Assembly: GCF_000181795.1 (NCBI RefSeq)
Contig: NW_003526944.1
Coordinates: forward strand, 4,195,754-4,259,753
DNA length: 64,000 bases
Direction of reading: 5' to 3'
Source: Trichinella spiralis
Lineage: Eukaryota
The translations under genes were made by a program, and so were the position numbers. The notes beneath the pieces are model-generated. The model made no database searches. It saw nothing but the letters and a program-made list of their open reading frames with translations, and had not been told where the DNA came from. This document shows, piece after piece, positions 37,670 through 50,940 of the stretch (positions are counted from its first letter, which is position 1; each line of letters begins with the position of its first letter).

Positions 37670-40017
37670 ACTATATCCTACTGTAGTCAAAGTACCACCA
37701 CCACCAGCAGCAGCTTTATACAACCAAGTAATACAATTACAATTATTGGTCATCTTAATTTCCTCAAATATTTTCTTCCCAAATTTCGTATGCCTTTATT
37801 GATTTTTTTTTGTTTTTATTTTTATGTAAAAATTTTTTTTTAATTCACCGTCACTTCAACACTGCCAGTTTTGTTCTGTTTACGTCACCGACCGCAAAAT
37901 GCCCTTGTTTACCTGATGAAAGTGCAGAATCAACTTGAGAGAGAGAGAGCAGCACATGATTTTGACGAATGAATGTTCCACTTCGTGTTGCTGTCGTCTG
38001 TTTTCAAACGTCTTTGATCTACTTTAATTTACTTATTTTTCTCCACTTTTCGGTCAAAGACTGGACCAAAAACTTTTCTCTCCAGTGCCTGTTTTATATT
38101 ATGATAACAAACGTGTTTTTATTTTCCCTCTTTTTTTTGAAATTTTATATTTTATTTAAAAAAATTATATTTTGTGTTCCATATTGAAAAGAAAAAGATT
38201 ATTTATTTATTTTATCTCAACTGGTTTGTGAAAACAGAATTTCACTTTCACTTTCACTGAAAATGAGTCGCGAAATTTAAAATTATTACAATTTAAAAAA
38301 TAAAAATAAATAAATTTATACATGTCGTTTAAATTGAATGGCAAAACGTTCTCCACTACTATGTGTTGTTGTTTACATTCTGTGCGAACAATTTCAACAT
38401 GCCAACTAATATAAGCAAGCGTTTTCGACTTTTCACTACTGCTGATTCGCTCGCCCAAACATGCTTCGACACGAATTCCAATAAATTTAAATGAGTGCAT
38501 TATTATTACTATTATTATTCATATTCACGCTTGTTTATTCATAGGCAAATTTCCGTCCGACGAGTTTATTATTTCTTTTTTTTTTAATAATAATTTCGAT
38601 TCATTCATATTGAGATGGTATCGTGGGGAAATTAGAATTTTTTAATTTTATTGAAATTGGCGTGGTTTTCTTGAATTTTTCCTCGAACGTGTTGCTGTTC
38701 TTTTTTCAATTGCATTTTTGTAACATGAAAAGTGAAGGAAATAACCACCTATCGATCACGTGTGCCGGTAACTGAAAGTAGGTCATTGCAATTAAATCGT
38801 ATTATTTTGTCAAATTTTCCATTTTGATTTATAATATTGTTTTTTTTTCTTGATTATCACTTCACGGTGAATTGGTTTATTGAAAATCAAATTTTTTTTT
38901 CCCTAATAACAACAACAACAATGATAATTTTGCAGTTTGTGGAAAATTTATATTGTTATACTTGATAAAATATATTGACGATTGAAACAAATAATAACAG
39001 TTTCAGGTTATTCGTTCAGATTTATTTGAACATCTTTTGGCGTTCAATTTCAACGTTCAACAAAAATTTATACATATATACATGATTTTAAAAAAAACCG
39101 TAAACAATCACCACAACTACCGTAACCTTGGTTGCGCAAGCTTCAACGTTGTTCCAGGGCTTTGCTGCGGTGAATCGATTCGAGTTGCGTCACGCTGGCG
39201 TATTTTTTTCGAAACTAATTCTTTTCAAATTTCCAATAATTGAAATTGTTGTTTTCAGGTACGAAATTTGCATTTCTTTATTGTTTATCAAATTGCTTCG
39301 AGCGATAATTTAATTAGTGCATTGTTTAATTCAATTGAACCTAAAGCAGTTTCTTCTTCTTCTTTTCATCAATGCCGATAGCATTCAGTTGCTTTTATTA
39401 AAGCATATAAAAATTATGAAATAATTTTATTTAAAAAAAAAGCATTTTCTTCAAAACATTAAAATAATTTTTTGTTGTTTTCGTTTACCTATTTTTATAA
39501 TTTTGACATAGCGATTAAATAACCTGTCTTGGTCATCGTTAATTTGTAAAAGTGGGCGTTTACTTTAAGTCGAAATTTAACACAACATTATTCACAAATA
39601 TTTTTAAAGAATAATTTTGAAATATTTCTCTTTTATGTATATTCGTAATGCATTCGTTATGAAATTTAATTTAAATATTTATATTTTAAAAAATCATTTG
39701 TATAAAAAAATAGTGAGAAAATGAAATTTTTCCTTTTGAGAATACTGAGTGAAGTGAACATTAATTAGCCTTTGTTTTAAAATGTTCACGAAATTGAACG
39801 GTGAATTGTTGAAAATAATTTTATATAGGTTATATTTTATAAAGAAAAGTAATAAATTATTATATCAAACGAGAACTGTCGTTTGATGAAAATTCAGTTC
39901 AGACATTTGAAAAATTGAGAAATGGAAATATGTTACAGTGTTTGGTATAGCTGCTTTTCAGGTACAAATTCATTTGTGGGATATTGAATTTTGAAAGTTC
40001 CATTTTATTCTACAAAT

Positions 40018-42995
40018 ATGTCCATAAAGGAAGTTGAAGTTACGTTCATCTTAACATCAGCATTTGCTGGATTTGAATCGGCCTTCATATCGGGCAGTCA
40101 TGATCTACTGGGCAAGTGGAATCCGAGTGCTGGCTTGCCCATGGTAAAAGACACGATTGAAGAGTGAGCATTTTATAATTGTCATTTAATTTTTAAATTT
40201 CTCCTTCCATTTGAAGTTTTATATTTGAATTAAATTTTTTAGAAATAAATGGTATATTCAAATAATGTTGCCAGTCGGTGAAAAGATACAGTATCGGTTT
40301 TTCTCGGCAATTTCTGAGCCGCGTACATCGCTGGCAAATCCACGCCACTTTATTACCCATTACGAAGGGTCTTCGCATCCACGTGAAATATTCCTTTCAG
40401 ATGAGTCTGAAACTAGAATTATTTTATGCGAATTTGGCGAATTTGAAAAGCAAGCATTTGAGAATAGTGGTTGGCTGACTTGCCAGAATGAAGTGCTTTT
40501 GACAATCGACGCTTCTATGGTACGTTTTATGCATCCGCAAAAATTGCATCATGTTCATCTGAAAGTTGGCGCATTTCGCACCATGTCGTCGTACGATCCT
40601 CAGGTTAACTTAGCTTAGCTTAGCTTGCCTGTATTATGCAAGTTTTAATTAATTTTTTTCTATATTTGCATTATTATTATTTGTGCAGTTCAGTGTTGAA
40701 GAAAATACTTACGATGATTTTCAAGAATCTTGTTGGCCCTCCTGGTATTCTGTAAGTTCGTATTGTGTATTTTAATTTTCATTATTTGTAGTTGTTGTTT
40801 ATGTTTTAGCACTTTAAAAGTCACGATTGTGCATTTAAAGAAAATCGCAACGAAATGTTGTCCATTACCCCTCGTGATATTTGGATTTTCAAAGCACAAT
40901 TTTTTACTACTGATGAAAGTGTACAAGCGAGAAAATAAGTTGCTTTTTGAAAATAATATTTGAAAAAAATTTTTTTTTTCAAGATATTCAAAGTGGAATT
41001 TTTTTCAATTTCGGATGAGGAAGGTGATTCACCAGTTGTTGAACAAATTGGTACGGCGATCGTGCTCACGTCCGCATTGCAGAATTATCGAGGTTCGATA
41101 AAATTGCCCATTTGTGATGTGAAAAACAAAGTGGTTGGCAGTTTTGTTGGTTTGTTTTTAGCGTTGGTTTTTCGGGTTTTTAGTTTTATATTTTTTAAAT
41201 TTATTTTCAGCTGAATTGTTGATCATTAAACCAATCACAGATATAAAGCAGACTTTGGAGTGTGGCTTTACTGAAGTCAAGAAAAAACATAACCGAACTA
41301 TGAACATTGGACACAGAGGAGTTGGTCAATCTTGTGCAAAGTACGGTCGATGTGTATTGTGTAATTATGCTTAATTAATTATCCGTACGTTTCTTGTGTA
41401 ATTTTAAGGCCCTGTACCCTGCCCGAGAATACTATAGCTTCTTTCAAAGCTGCGACTCTCAGTGTAATTTAATTATTGTCTATTTTAACAAACAAACAAA
41501 CAAAAATGTATTTTTCGCTTTTCTCAGGGAGCAGATTTTGTTGAATTTGACGTTCAAATGACTAAAGATTGGTTGCCAGTAGTTTATCATGATTTTTTTG
41601 TCAAAATTTGGGCGAGAAAACGTCCGTCGAATCGTACTTTAAATTTAAACGACCACGACGATTTCAGTGTGCAAACAATTGCTGTCAGTGATTTAACAAA
41701 GGACGAATTGGACATGCTAATGATGGTAATTTTTTTTTCATTTCTGTATCTTGTACAATTCTAATTTATTATTAATTAATTAATTTATTTATTTATTTTT
41801 GTTTATCATTCATTATTATTTAGGTGGATGAGCAAAAGTTTGCCAACAGATCCGATGTTCAGGGAAATTTGATCAAAGACAGTGAAGTGGATGCGGAATT
41901 GTTACCATTTCCGTTGCTCATTCAAGTGCTTCAACACCAGTCGCTCCCCAGTTGTGTCGGCTTCATGATTGAAGTTAAATATCCACAAAAATTGAAGGTA
42001 TGCATTATGCATTATTTTCATCTGTCAAATTTTTTTTCGAATTTCATTATTGTATCTGTTGAAAAGATGAATTTTAAAAGTATATATTTTTTTATGCAGT
42101 TGTATACTTTTTAATTAGTATTTTGTACAATAATTGAGAGCGTTTTAATTTGTCTGTACACAAAGGGAAAGGAAAATTTGAGACTTGATTGAAACTGGGC
42201 TTGATTTTTCAATTATTATTACTATTCAGATTATACGTCAGTAAGCTGCTTATCTAATTACAATCTTATTTGTTGTTATTGTTGTGATTGATGATGATAT
42301 TTTTTTGAATTGTTTTCCAGTGTGGCTGTAGTGAATTGTACGAAAATTACACGGAACGTAATGCTTATGTTGATGTGATTGTAACTGACGTGTTGAAAAA
42401 TGCTCACCAGAGGAAGATAATTTTCTCCTCTTTCGATCCCGACGTATGTCTCATGTAAGTTCCAAAGATTGAGATGAACTTTGTTGGATTTTAATATTGA
42501 ATTTTGTTCTCTTTCGCTTCTGATCAGGCTTAAAATAAAGCAGAATCGTTATCCTGTTCTATTTCTCACCCAAGGTGACAATAGCCGCTACGAAATCTAC
42601 GAAGATTGGCGCACATGGTCCTCAGATACAGCCGTAAAATTTGCCTTCGTCCACGATCTTGCTGTAAGTGTTTGTTTTTTTTCCTCTTTTTGTTAATATT
42701 ATTTTTCATTTTTCAATGTGGAATTTGAATATGTTCTATAACTTTATTTTGTCCAGGGTGTCGCTTTTCACAGTGAAGAACTGTTGTCCAATATTGCACC
42801 GTATCGTCGTGCTTTAAAGTTGAATTTGGCAACATTTGTCTGGGGCGACGATCTTGACGAATCGCGACATCGCGAATATTTTCGTAATTTGCATTTCGAC
42901 GGTTTGATTTACGATAGGTATTTTGGAAAAATTTTAATTTTAATTATTTTAATTTATACTTATATTTTAGAATTGATTGTCATGGCGCTCTTTGA
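40018..42995 (+). CDS. gpcpd1: Glycerophosphocholine phosphodiesterase GPCPD1/GDE5 (N-terminal CBM20-like domain plus GDPD domain)
   Basis: 13 exons with consistent frame: 40018-40163, 40243-40603, 40689-40751, 40810-40920, 40984-41149, 41211-41340, 41409-41463, 41528-41725, 41824-41997, 42321-42454, 42528-42663, 42757-42917 and 42971-42995. CBM20-like motif [17 protein letters not shown] motifs [51 protein letters not shown] and GLIYDR. Confidence 0.92.
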
Positions 42996-45900
42996 ACGAT
43001 TCAGGAGAGAAATTGGTTTTGCATGCTTGTTGTACGTTGATCAAATTGTTCACAACGTATGCAATTTTGTTATTTTTCTGTTCACTCAATTGATGATGAT
43101 TATTTGCAGATGTCTGATTGGTGATTGGTTTTTTTTGAAAGAAATTGTGTTTTTCTTTTCATGGTGTTGGGTTTGTAGTTTTTTATATCAATCTGATTTC
43201 AGGATGATTTTTTTGAGATGATAATAAATTATACATATATATATATATACTGTAAATTTTTCAGATATTTTGCGTCGTCATTTGCGAGAGCATGCAAATT
43301 GAAAAATCAAATTTCACCAATTAACCACAGTGTAATTTCATTGATGCATCTCTCTATGCATCGTTGAGGTAAAAAGAAGAGCAAAATAGAGAGAAAGAGA
43401 AAGAGAAAAAGGTAGTGCATTTTATTATTCAAACGGTGTCGGATATCTGAAAATTGGGCAGGTAGTGCTGAGTGATGATGATCAAGGTGATTGTTCCATT
43501 GTGCAAATGGATCTCTTGGTCCGCGATCAGCGGACAAAGTGTCCACCAGCTGCCATTCTGTTTCGGCGTGCCGGTGCACAGGTTGTTGTTGTCGACAGAT
43601 GTGGTGTCAATTTTCGGGTTGTGGGCCCTTTGTCGGTTCTGCTCAATGGGGCGTAGTTTGATTCGGTCGACGATTAGCCATGCTTGGTCAAAGATTTAAG
43701 GATCGGGTCGACGACTTGGTCGGGTCGCACATCTGCGCTTTGAGCTAAGCCGACCGCGTCTCTTCTTCTTAAACTTAGCTTAGCATTTGCAAACACCGCT
43801 GCGGTTAATCTGATCAGCATTAGTGTTTTAGTTTGGTATGTTTGTTCCATTTGACCGGAGAGCTAGCTGATTAATCAACTTTGTGATGGCTTTCAACTCA
43901 AGCTTAATTTTCTTCTTCTCCTTCTTCTTCTTATTCTTGTAAATTTCATTTTCAATTTTGCATATTGAAAGTGAAAATCAATACCATCACTCCATTATTA
44001 TTATTATTGTTGTTATTGCTATTATCTTTTGCTTCAAATCCCGCTGGATTTGAATTTCACTCTTTGCAATAGTAAAAGTAAGGTGGTTCGAGCTTGGTAA
44101 AAGCTTCGATAACGGTCTGCCCGGATAGCAGGATGCAATACTTTGCTTAATCAAGTGGAATTTTGAAAGCTGACGTTGACGAACCGTAACAATCCATTAG
44201 CAACAAAACAGACCGTCGTCGTCAGTCAATCAATCACCAGGGCATGCTGATCACGTCTCAGATTGAAATAAATCATCGATCCATTCTAAGCTAGCATTGT
44301 AAAATTGACCCCAGTGCTTGGTCAACTGGGGACATATGGACAGTCTACGGCGGTCTGACGTAAAACGGTTGGTTCCTGGCTTGAACTCTTGCGTGAGCGG
44401 AAATGGTCACTACTGGTCACTATGGATCAAGCGTCCTGTCGATCAGCGACCTTTGTCAACGATCGAATTTCACCCATCAACCCCCATGAGAAATGAATGA
44501 TCAGGAAAAATCACATCATCATCATACTCTCTATTTCTCTTATCAACCTCTTCACAACTGTAACTTCTTTTTCTGCACAGAATATTATTTATCCATATTA
44601 TTATTTTCCATACAACATCATAAATAAGCATGTGGGGTGTGAAATGTTCATCTCCTTTGAAATATAATCTCAGCACTTATTATTATTCTTATCATCATAT
44701 TAACAAATTATGTTTCAAATTTCTTTTTTTTTAAATTAAAATTTCAACTCATCATAATAATATAAACAACAATAATGTATTAATTTGGTATTCCAAAAAT
44801 CTGTGTGAATTGCTATTTAATTGGCCATTGTTTGTAATTAGGGTAGCTTTGTTTTGCCTGAAGTGTGACAGATTTTTGAGTGCTTCTTTGTAGACGATCA
44901 ATTTTGCATAGAAATTTCATTTTAAATATTATTTCGTTTGAATTGATTATGAAATTATAAAAAAAGATTTCATTTAATCCATTTTTTGCAACAACAACTG
45001 TTAAACTAGTTACAATTTATGTTAGTTATGTTTTTAATGCTACAATACTGAGTTAATATTGATAATGAGTGACAATATTGATTTCAAAAATTATTGTTGC
45101 ATCTTGTCGCTCGCTGTGTTGAAGTAGTAGAAATTTCAATTTGCCAGTTTCAAGTTGTCAAGTTATCTTCTTATGTAGCTGCTTAATGTGCATTGTGAGA
45201 CACTTCAATTTTCTGTTTGACCACTTGCCGGTTGCTAACCATAACGACATTTGTCCATGCTGTGGCAGCTTTCAGACCAGCCAGACTTGCCCAATGTCAA
45301 TACAAGCATACCGGAAGATTTGTAGCAAGTGGGGCATTTTATCCGTCGGGTCAACAATGTCCAAGCTGGTCGGCAAACAGGCTAGCTGGTGTCGTTGCAT
45401 GTGCAAAAGTGTCAGCGGCACTTTCCCCACGCTTGGATACAATTGATGGAAAAAAGCATCTCTGCTGACCTGTAACAGAACTGGACTTTTGGACTAGAAT
45501 ATAGCAAGTTGTGAAAATAAAAAAACTACCACCAGCAACAGCAACGCTGAGCTTATCAATTAGCAGTCAGTCAGCATTGTAATGCAGACGATCAGTCTAT
45601 ACATGGGTGGAAAAGACCGTGACCGATTTGATCACTGTTGAATGATCAAAAGGGTGATGATCATCACTGTTGATTGACCTGTTCTGTCACTGTCATTGGG
45701 GGGGGTTATTATTATTTTTTTTGTCTTTTCAAGCTTTCTGTACATGTCAGCTACTGGACAAGCTTTTTTGATTTTGTGATATCCCCCTTTCTCCCTTCGT
45801 TCAGATTTTGTCGGCAACTTTCAGAGGGGTAAAAATGTACACACACACATTAGCAGTTCAAAGAATTGGACATTTATCATTTCTGTTATTTGAAATTTAA

Positions 45901-46785
45901 GTTCATCCAAAACTTTTCAATGATGATGAAATTCTTTGGTGATATTAGTGTGCGTTGTTGTTTTTTTTAAAAGAAAATTTAAAATATCCATGAAGTTAAT
46001 AAGCAAGAGAGAGCGAGAGAAGCTTTGTTTCTAATTCTGTTTACGCTTAGATTCTCAGATGTGTGTGTGTGTTGTGTATGAGCAGTTAGTTGGCTAGTTG
46101 GTTATTAGCGGCAAACTAGGCCTGATGCCAGGTGCTTCGACGTGGCGCCATTTGTCTGAAGACAACGCGGCTGCCACTTGCGGTTTTCATTTTCAAGCAT
46201 TGGATAGCTGAAGCAGGTGACGCTTGTAGACATGCGGGAACCGGTGCAGTGCCAGTCAGCCGCTAACGGCATCGTGTGTGTAGGTGTTGGCAGGCTGTAA
46301 GAATAACAACAAATGAATGTCATCGGTCTGGCGCCACGATTGCCCGCAGATAGCGCCAGTCTGTCGCCAATTAATTGGCTAATCGACGCTTACTGTCGTC
46401 TTGTGAGAGAAGGGGAAAAAAGGTTGGCTTTTCGTTAATCGGTTGACAATAATTGGCGACCTGCTATTGCTAATTGCCAATTATTAAACGGCTTTCTTTC
46501 ATTTTATCGCAGCAGTGCGCGCATGGTGCCGGTTTCAAATTTAACATTTTCTTTTTATCATAAATTGATTTTCATCACATCTACACTATCACAATTAATA
46601 CTAATAGATTGTGTAATTTCAAAATGGGAGCAAAACTTGGTTTTTATTTTTTTTATTTCTGCAAACAGTAACAACATGCACATGAATACTTTCATACATA
46701 CCCACATTGTGTAATTTCATTTCTTATATAACAGAAAGAAAGGAAGCAAGGAAATAAATGATTGACTGACTGACTGAGAGATTGA

Positions 46786-49700
46786 TCAACAGCAATTGAA
46801 AAATGAAACAATATTGTTAAAGCTCGGCCTGCGAAAGTCATCTTTGTTCCAACATGTGCACATTAAATCGTACAATTCCGACGGACAACGGTCTGCTGGT
46901 GGTCGATCAAGCTTCACCAACAAGCTGTCGTTGTAATAAATATATTGCAAATTTTCAATCACTTGTTGATCGTTCAGTTTGGCGAACGGTTGTTCACGGG
47001 CGAGTGTATAAATTTCCCAAAGAGTTACACCGTACGCCCATACGTCGGTTTTTGAGCTGAACTTTCCCTGAATATGAAAAGCATGTAAATTTTGAGAATA
47101 TTTTATTTGCAATTTTTATTATTCAATTTACCAGCAGAACACATTCCCAAGCCATCCAACGAATCGGTAGCACAAATCGACCTTCGATACGATAATAGTC
47201 GGATTGGTAAAGCGAACGAGCCATGCCGAAGTCGGCAATTTTGATCGTCAAATCTTGTCCGAGAAGACAATTTCTGGTGGCCAAATCTCTGTGGACCAAA
47301 TTCAACGATTCCAAATATTGCATTCCATTTGCAATTTGACGTGCAAATCGAAGCAACTGTTCACCACTGCAAAGAAAAGAAAAAAAACGTAGCTGTGCAC
47401 ATTAAAAATGGACTGACTGATCGGATTATTAATTATTATTTTCTCGTTCTTCCAACGCCGGCCTCATACCTCAGTTGAGTAGCGTTATGATTTCTGAGAT
47501 ATTGGTTCAGATCACCGTTTTCCATGTGCTCGAAAACGAGCAAGCACTGGTCTTGTTCAGCAATGACACCGAGCAGTTGGACAATGTTGACGTGGTTCAG
47601 TTTGGTCAGCAAGTGTAATTCTCGTTCGAAATCCCTCCACTGGTTGACGTCGGCATTGGAATTTCTTCGAGTTTTCACAGCCACTCGTTTCCAACTGCCG
47701 TCGTTGTTGTGCAGCCGACACAGGTGAACCTGAACAACAGACAAATTGGTCAATTGGTAATGGAAATTTTTCTTCAATTCCACTTACTTCACCGAATTCA
47801 CCTTCGCCTAATTTTTCTTGCAATTCCAGCGCCCCACGTTGGAACATTGCACAACGCAGACCACCTCCACTTGTGGCCGCGTTGAAGAAATCTACAAACG
47901 ACGTCGGTCGTCTGTCTTGACTCTCCACCGGCTCACTGGTATTACCACCAGCAGCAGCGATGGTGGTGGTATTAGCGGATGTTGTGTGCTCGTCGTCGTT
48001 CGTCACGTCAGAGCTGGCATAATAGAGTGAATAGGCGAGTCGGTGTTTGTCGGAATCGAAAACAGCTTGTCGGCATGGCGCATTGTTGCCATTGCGACGG
48101 CGTTGTGCCGTACCCTGAGGCTCTGGCAACAGCGGTGCTGTTTGGTTGGAATTGATATCCGGATCTGCGTATTCGCTGTAATAGTAGGTGTCTTCTTCTT
48201 CGTCGTCCTCTTCGGACAAAGGGGACCGTTTCGAATTATTATTCAACGGTCCGTTGACAGCGTACTGGACGCTCGTCTTGCCTGCCGTGATTCCCGACTT
48301 GAGATCTTTGGCCGACAATTGTTCCGGTCTGCTCAGAGCCCCGTAAGCGTAGAATGGTATCAGCGTGGGCGGAGGCGTGGTTTTCGCCTGACGTCTGCTC
48401 GAGCGGACCACGAACACGGCCAAGCCGACGGCGCCGGTCGCCACGACCACCAAAAGCACACCGAGCGACAAGGCGACGTATTCGGTTGGAATGACATCGT
48501 AGGTGAGAATTGCGACAGAAGACGAGGAACGTTTTGTAGACGGCGGTGATTTGTTCTGCTTTGGACCGGAGAAGATTTTGGCCGGTGCTGTGAATAGAAA
48601 GATAGAATTTAGCTAATGGGAGAGGAAAAAAAACCCACGAATGCTTGCTTTGCTTACTCGAATCGAATTCGATTTCACTGATCAACAGCCATTCGGCGGC
48701 GAAGAAAAGACGAATGTGCAAAATTTTCGCTGTCTGATGTTGTACAGGTATCACGATCCAACGAACACCTCTGCCGGAAGAGATTTCTCCACTGGGACTG
48801 TATTCCAATGGTTGGTGGTGTTCATGTTCTTGATCTTGGACAAAGAACAGTTGAGCGGCAGAGAATATGGCTACGGATTTTCGGTTGAAATGAGCACAGT
48901 GCAATTGGACAGAAGTGAAATTTCTCAGTTCGTTGAAAATGAATTTTATATCCAGCCAATGTCCGGTGAGTGACCGTCTCCAGCCGACCCATCGGAATGC
49001 TGATTCGGTGAATGGTTCAGTGCCGACTTGTCGGTCGTGCAGTTGACCAAGACCGCCAACTAGGGTACCGTTGGCCAGTTGCTCACCGTCGTACGATTCG
49101 TCAGCCAGATTGCGATCAGCACCTACATATCCTTGAGGCATTCTGTACTCAACAACTCGATCTACAAATGTAGTATTATTTATTCACGTTAACCAAGTGG
49201 TGTGGAGGAAGGATGGCTTTGTTTTCTTACCTGTGAAACTGCATCCGTACAATTCGAATCGAATGCACACTGTTCGTGTGTGTTCCGACCAAGGAATGAT
49301 GCGCAATTTCGAGGCGACAAATGGGCTGTCGATTTCTCGTTTGACAGCGCTCGATGTATCATTGTTCCCTTGCAACACCTACAAATGGAAATTATATATT
49401 CTTTTGTCTTTTCAAGGGAACTGAATTGAATTGATTTAAAAGCAATTGACAAAAAGAAGGCAATTTGTTTCCTTTTATATTGTATAAATTGTTGAGATGA
49501 GTGTAATTGGAATGCACAGAAAATCTGTTATGTACATCGATAGCATCGGGAATGAAAATTCATTTTCCAATTTTAAAGAGGATGAATGTGAAAATTAGTT
49601 GCAATGCTGATCTCTGGAGAAATAATTGTTTCTGGAAAAGAAGGCAGGCAAGAAGCGATGAATTTGTTCGAGCGAGACGGAATGCAAAATGTTTGTAAAA

Positions 49701-50940
49701 CAGTAGGGCGATTTTGAATTATGATAAGCAATGGACAGCCAAGCCGGATTCGCTAGTTATAATCGGTTTAACGATGGAAATTAATCGTCCTGTCAACTGA
49801 TGACAAGCAGTTTTACGTGAAATCAGTGTCATCGTGGTTGTGTTCAACAACACCAATGTCCAAGGACAAGTTTGTCGTTTGGAGATTTGATTAATAAGCG
49901 AAAAGGAGAAAATTTTTTAATTGAAACAGGCTGTGTAAAAATTGTTACCTCTTGACCATGTTGGTTTCGATAGCGATACCAGCCGTGCATGCCTGGTCGC
50001 CAATATTCTACACTGTAGCCAGTGGTGAATTCTTGTCCCAAACCGTCACCGTATCGACCCTGCGTTTCAATCGCCGTAACAATGCGTGCCGCTCCCAGGT
50101 CCACCTGGATCCACTCGTGCACGTCCGGTCGAATTTGTCTTCTGGGACACCATGCACCACCAAGCTGTTCAGTACGGATTCTGTAAAAATGGGGAAAATG
50201 TATATTTTTTTTTGTACAAGCGTCGTTGGTGTGAAGTGGTCGAAAATGATAGCTAGTCAAGGAAGAAGCCTGCAAATAAGAGGAGGAGGAGGAGGGTCAA
50301 TTTTATTTTTCGGCACCTCAGCCTTGCTGACCACCTGCTGGTCAGTTGAACGAAGACGCCCAATTTGGGCTGGACAATTGCTGACCCGATTGCCGTCTAG
50401 CACCTGAGCTTATGCGATTGTACGTCAAGCCACTTGAGCGATAAAGAAAGAAAATGAATGGAAAAGATGAAAAATTAATAAGTAGCGCCACGTTGCAATT
50501 TTATTGTCTCAATCTGAGTGGTAAGTTGATTCATTTTTCAGTTTATTTACTGTCGTTCAATTATTGCTCTAATGGCGGGGTAGGCTCTAGTGGGAAATTG
50601 GGCGAGGGGAAAAAATTCATCCTATTCGAACTGAAAAGCTTACCGCGCATTTTGAGGACCGACGCTGCTTTCGTCAAAGCTACTGCTAGCTGTCAAAGCT
50701 TCATCGGCTATTTCTCGAGATTCCATTCCAAGTGGCAAATGGCAGTCATCTTCACGAATGAATGAAAAAAGAAATATTTTAAATTAAACATTTCAAATAT
50801 TTTTATATGAAAAGAGAAAAAAAATTAATAGAATTCACTGCATGCTTACCGAAATCGACCACACTTGATTTGACCACTTTTATGAACAACAACAACAGCA
50901 ACGTCAGAAATAGAAATACGTTTTTATCGAAGCTGTTCAT
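46786..50940 (-). CDS. ddr: Discoidin domain receptor tyrosine kinase (DDR family), about 885 aa, complete
   Basis: Exons 50940-50850 (signal peptide [25 protein letters not shown]), 50749-50644, 50180-49949, 49378-49231, 49161-48658, 48587-47788, 47729-47470, 47366-47132 and 47067-46786. Discoidin domain ([26 protein letters not shown]), DS-like domain ([18 protein letters not shown]), a TM helix, and a kinase domain ([39 protein letters not shown]). Confidence 0.95.

Noticed and set aside
40610..40626. (TTAGC)3 resembling the nematode telomere repeat
   Set aside because: Only three units, not TTAGGC, and intronic.
43300..46500. Several 60-100 aa ORFs and short hairpins between GPCPD1 and DDR
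   Set aside because: No recognisable domains or consistent exon chain; more likely UTR or regulatory DNA.
47818..48973. + strand ORFs within the DDR gene
   Set aside because: Antisense shadows of DDR exons.
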